In this document: one piece after another, positions 19,300 to 22,356 of the stretch
Layout of the letters: every line of letters begins with the position of its first letter
How positions within the stretch are numbered: the first letter of the stretch is position 1
IMG/VR virus record: IMGVR_UViG_2049941000_000702
Length of the DNA: 22,356 bases
Strand: one strand, 5' to 3'
DNA from: an uncultured virus (IMG/VR IMGVR_UViG_2049941000_000702)
Lineage: Duplodnaviria > Heunggongvirae > Uroviricota > Caudoviricetes
Made by a program: the position numbers and the translations under genes
Notes under the pieces: model-generated
The model's input: only the letters and a program-made list of their open reading frames with translations
What the model was told of the DNA's origin: nothing
The model's database searches: none

Positions 19300-19496
19300 A
19301 CTGGTAGAGGTGAAATCTAGCTAATAGATGTATTTCTACAGTACTAGCTGGTTCGACAGAATGAACACTAGTGATATATAGCATTTTACATACCGAAAAC
19401 TATGAAGATGCTGTCAGAATGGCCATCAACTTCGGATATGATACAGATACGAATGCAACCATAACTTGCTCTATCGCAGGAACAATGTATGGCTAG
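19300..19496 (+). pseudogene. ADP-ribosylglycohydrolase (ARH/DraG family) C-terminal remnant
   Basis: 19365-19496 translates TLVIYSILHTENYEDAVRMAINFGYDTDTNATITCSIAGTMYG*, carrying the GxDTDT metal-binding motif. EVKSS* upstream resembles the KSxG motif. Stops interrupt it and there is no start. Confidence 0.7.
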
Positions 19497-19564
19497 GATG
19501 TAGGAACAGCATCGGCGTGCTTCATGGAGCAGTTATGAAATGATCCCACACTTCGCGTGTGCCC

Positions 19565-19593
19565 TTGACGGCCTGACGGTTTCCTGCTATCAT
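19565..19593 (+). promoter_or_regulatory. Sigma-A promoter for the kinase gene
   Basis: TTGACG, 17-bp spacer, TATCAT, with extended -10 TGn. Confidence 0.6.
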
Positions 19594-19691
19594 GTAATCA
19601 AGAAGTGCTCAGCAAACCCGTCTGTATACTAAATTTGCCTTGCTTTGAACAAAGAAGGCATTTTTGCATAGGAATAGAAGAGGACACATTT

Positions 19692-20842
19692 ATGTCGAAG
19701 GATTGGAATTACAGATTGCCAACTGGTACTATATTAATGCAGCGGTATCGCATTGAGGCAGTTTTGGGGGAAGGCGGTTTTGGAATAACATACAAGGCGA
19801 CGGATACCCTTCTGGAAATAAAGGTTGCCATAAAAGAATACTATCCTCGTGGTTGTGCAATCAGATACGCTAATTCGAGTCTGAATGTGACCATTTCGGA
19901 TACTGAAAGCTCGGATTTATATGTGCAGTGGAAAGAGCGTTTTCTTCNNNNNNNNNNGGAAGCGCGAATCCTGGCACAGTGCAGCAGCATACCAAGCATT
20001 GTTTCCGCATTTAATTTTTTTGAGGAAAACGATACTGCATATATTGTCATGGAGTTCCTTGACGGCATACCGCTAAAGAAGCTAGTCAAAGAAAAGGGCG
20101 TCATGGATGGGCGCGAGCTGGCCAGTTTGATGCTGCCGCTGATCAGGTCGCTGCATAGGGTCCACAAACGCAGCCTGCTGCATAGAGATATTTCTCCCGA
20201 AAACATAATGCTGATGCCTGACAGTACGCTGAAGCTTTATGATTTCGGAGCGGCTCGAATGTTTGATCAGGAGCAAAAACGCAGCATGTCTGTCGTGCTC
20301 AAGCATGGTTATGCTCCTCCGGAGCAATACCGGATCCATGGCGAGCAAGGGCCGTGGACAGATATTTATGCACTTTGTGCCACGATGTATTTTTGTATCA
20401 CCAGTATGGCACCGGAGAGCTCGATAGACAGAATGCTTGATAACGGTAAGCTGGCAAGGCCGTCTGATTGCGGGCGAATCGCTCCTGTTGATAAAGAGCT
20501 GGAAGACATTATAATTCGAGGACTTAGTATAAGGTATGAGGATAGGTATCAATCAGCGGAGCTCTTAGCTACAGCTATTGAGCACTATCTTAATCAAGAA
20601 AAAGGGGAGGAAGAAACTCCAAAAAATGATGATAATGACAGAACGATAGTGATTCACAAAATCCCTGATAAGAGAGACTATATTGAAACAGAAGTGGACC
20701 AAAATAAGAAACGAAGTTCTTGCATAGTTAATGATAGTACCACCGAAGTTATCAGCAAAACCGAGGTGGCAGATAAGCGAAATATACAGAATAAAGAAGG
20801 GCCATCTTCTACAAATGATGATAATTCAGGAGATAAAGTGGA
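19692..20842 (+). CDS. Hanks-type Ser/Thr protein kinase (kinase domain plus polar linker; continues into gap)
   Basis: LGEGGFG, VAIKE, HRDISPEN, DFG, GYAPPEQ, TDIYAL. RBS GAGG before ATG at 19692. Confidence 0.93.
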
Positions 20843-21559
20843 NNNNNNNNNNNNNNNNNNNNNNNNNNNNNNNNNNNNNNNNNNNNNNNNNNNNNNNNNN
20901 NNNNNNNNNNNNNNNNNNNNNNNNNNNNNNNNNNNNNNNNNNNNNNNNNNNNNNNNNNNNNNNNNNNNNNNNNNNNNNNNNNNNNNNNNNNNNNNNNNNN
21001 NNNNNNNNNNNNNNNNNNNNNNNNNNNNNNNNNNNNNNNNNNNNNNNNNNNNNNNNNNNNNNNNNNNNNNNNNNNNNNNNNNNNNNNNNNNNNNNNNNNN
21101 NNNNNNNNNNNNNNNNNNNNNNNNNNNNNNNNNNNNNNNNNNNNNNNNNNNNNNNNNNNNNNNNNNNNNNNNNNNNNNNNNNNNNNNNNNNNNNNNNNNN
21201 NNNNNNNNNNNNNNNNNNNNNNNNNNNNNNNNNNNNNNNNNNNNNNNNNNNNNNNNNNNNNNNNNNNNNNNNNNNNNNNNNNNNNNNNNNNNNNNNNNNN
21301 NNNNNNNNNNNNNNNNNNNNNNNNNNNNNNNNNNNNNNNNNNNNNNNNNNNNNNNNNNNNNNNNNNNNNNNNNNNNNNNNNNNNNNNNNNNNNNNNNNNN
21401 NNNNNNNNNNNNNNNNNNNNNNNNNNNNNNNNNNNNNNNNNNNNNNNNNNNNNNNNNNNNNNNNNNNNNNNNNNNNNNNNNNNNNNNNNNNNNNNNNNNN
21501 NNNNNNNNNNNNNNNNNNNNNNNNNNNNNNNNNNNNNNNNNNNNNNNNNNNNNNNNNNC

Positions 21560-22116
21560 AAGATGCTTTGCAAACAACAACGGTGAATAACAGCAAGAGT
21601 CATGGTAATAGCAGTTGGTATCCAAGTAATAACGCAAATACATTGGACAAAGCTGATTACCCACGATGCGTGTANNNNNNNNNNNNNNNNNNNNNNNNNN
21701 NNNNNNNNNNNNNNNNNNNNNNNNNNNNNNNNNNNNNNNNNNNNNNNNNNNNNNNNNNNNNNNNNNNNNNNNNNNNNNNNNNNNNNNNNNNNNNNNNNNN
21801 NNNNNNNNNNNNNNNNNNNNNNNNNNNNNNNNNNNNNNNNNNNNNNNNNNNNNNNNNNNNNNNNNNNNNNNNNNNNNNNNNNNNNTAATACAGAACATTT
21901 TGCAAACACGGCATATGCGCATAAAAAACTGGGGCAAATATATAAAAATAATAGATTCATTAATGCCCAGGATTGTGGTTGGTGGCTTCGTTCACCAGGA
22001 GAGAACTACACGTCGGCAACACAGGTTTATAAAAACATAGCGATATCTAAGGGGGTTAACTGGTACTCTTACATACGGCCTGCAATATGGATAAAGATAG
22101 AAAAGAGTCTAGATTN
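21560..22116 (+). CDS. DUF6273-like domain fragments, probably the kinase C-terminus
   Basis: DALQTTTVNNSKSHGNSSW...NTLDK (21560-21651) and TAYA...GWWLRSPG...A..V...IRPAIWI (21886-22116). Same strand as the kinase, separated from it only by N gaps. Confidence 0.6.
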
Positions 22117-22126
22117 NNNNNNNNNC

Positions 22127-22264
22127 TTCGTCACCGTAATGCCTGTAGGCTTGGTGATGGAGTTCAGGTCGACGGTCGCCGCGACCTGCTCGCTGCCCCT
22201 GAGGGCGATGATCTGTGTGGTGCAGCTGCCCGCNNNNNNNNNNGTCTGCCGATTTGATTGCCAT
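22127..22264 (-). CDS. Probable phage tail-region protein, N-terminal fragments
   Basis: RBS GGAGG plus MAIKSAD, then after a gap AGSCTTQIIALRGSEQVAATVDLNSITKPTGITVTK; resembles clostridial siphovirus tail proteins. Confidence 0.5.
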
Positions 22265-22281
22265 GATAAGCCTCCATAATG

Positions 22282-22356
22282 TTAGTCGGTAATGAGCTCG
22301 CACATGAACGTGACCTTGACGTCCACGTCCTCGGGCGAAAGGGTAAAACAAAACCC
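22282..22356 (-). CDS. C-terminus of a probable phage tail/minor structural protein
   Basis: GFCFTLSPEDVDVKVTFMCELITD*, directly upstream of the MAIKSAD gene. Confidence 0.5.
   Translation of the reverse strand, partial: GFCFTLSPEDVDVKVTFMCELITD

Noticed and set aside
16927..21674. 23-bp direct repeat as a DGR TR/VR pair or a spacer
   Set aside because: The copies are identical with no adenine-specific differences, very short, and one abuts a gap; likely an artefact.

Overview
Gappy scaffold (many N runs; some contigs demonstrably out of order), apparently from a Clostridia-type Firmicute, covering an accessory mobile-element-like region. Left (1-2990, minus): decayed prophage/ICE early module with a sigma-70 region 4-like regulator, a Gp157-like remnant, a Sak4-like AAA ATPase and a DUF669-like protein. 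It is bracketed by two 108-nt, 95%-identical copies of a structured non-coding element that looks like a leader RNA. 3000-11460 (minus): carbohydrate ABC transporter, membrane-anchored AraC regulator, sulfatase and azoreductase. 11500-17430: damage-response-like cassette with a large acidic-tailed ImmA/IrrE-HTH protein (reconstructed from scrambled contigs), Y-family polymerase DinB, a divergent XRE repressor plus ImmA protease, an EVE/PUA-like domain and a small DinB-associated protein. 17680-22356: AAA_25 ATPase with an insertion, an ADP-ribosylglycohydrolase remnant, a Ser/Thr kinase apparently ending in a DUF6273-like domain, and phage tail-like fragments. All family assignments come from motif recognition by eye, not from database searches.
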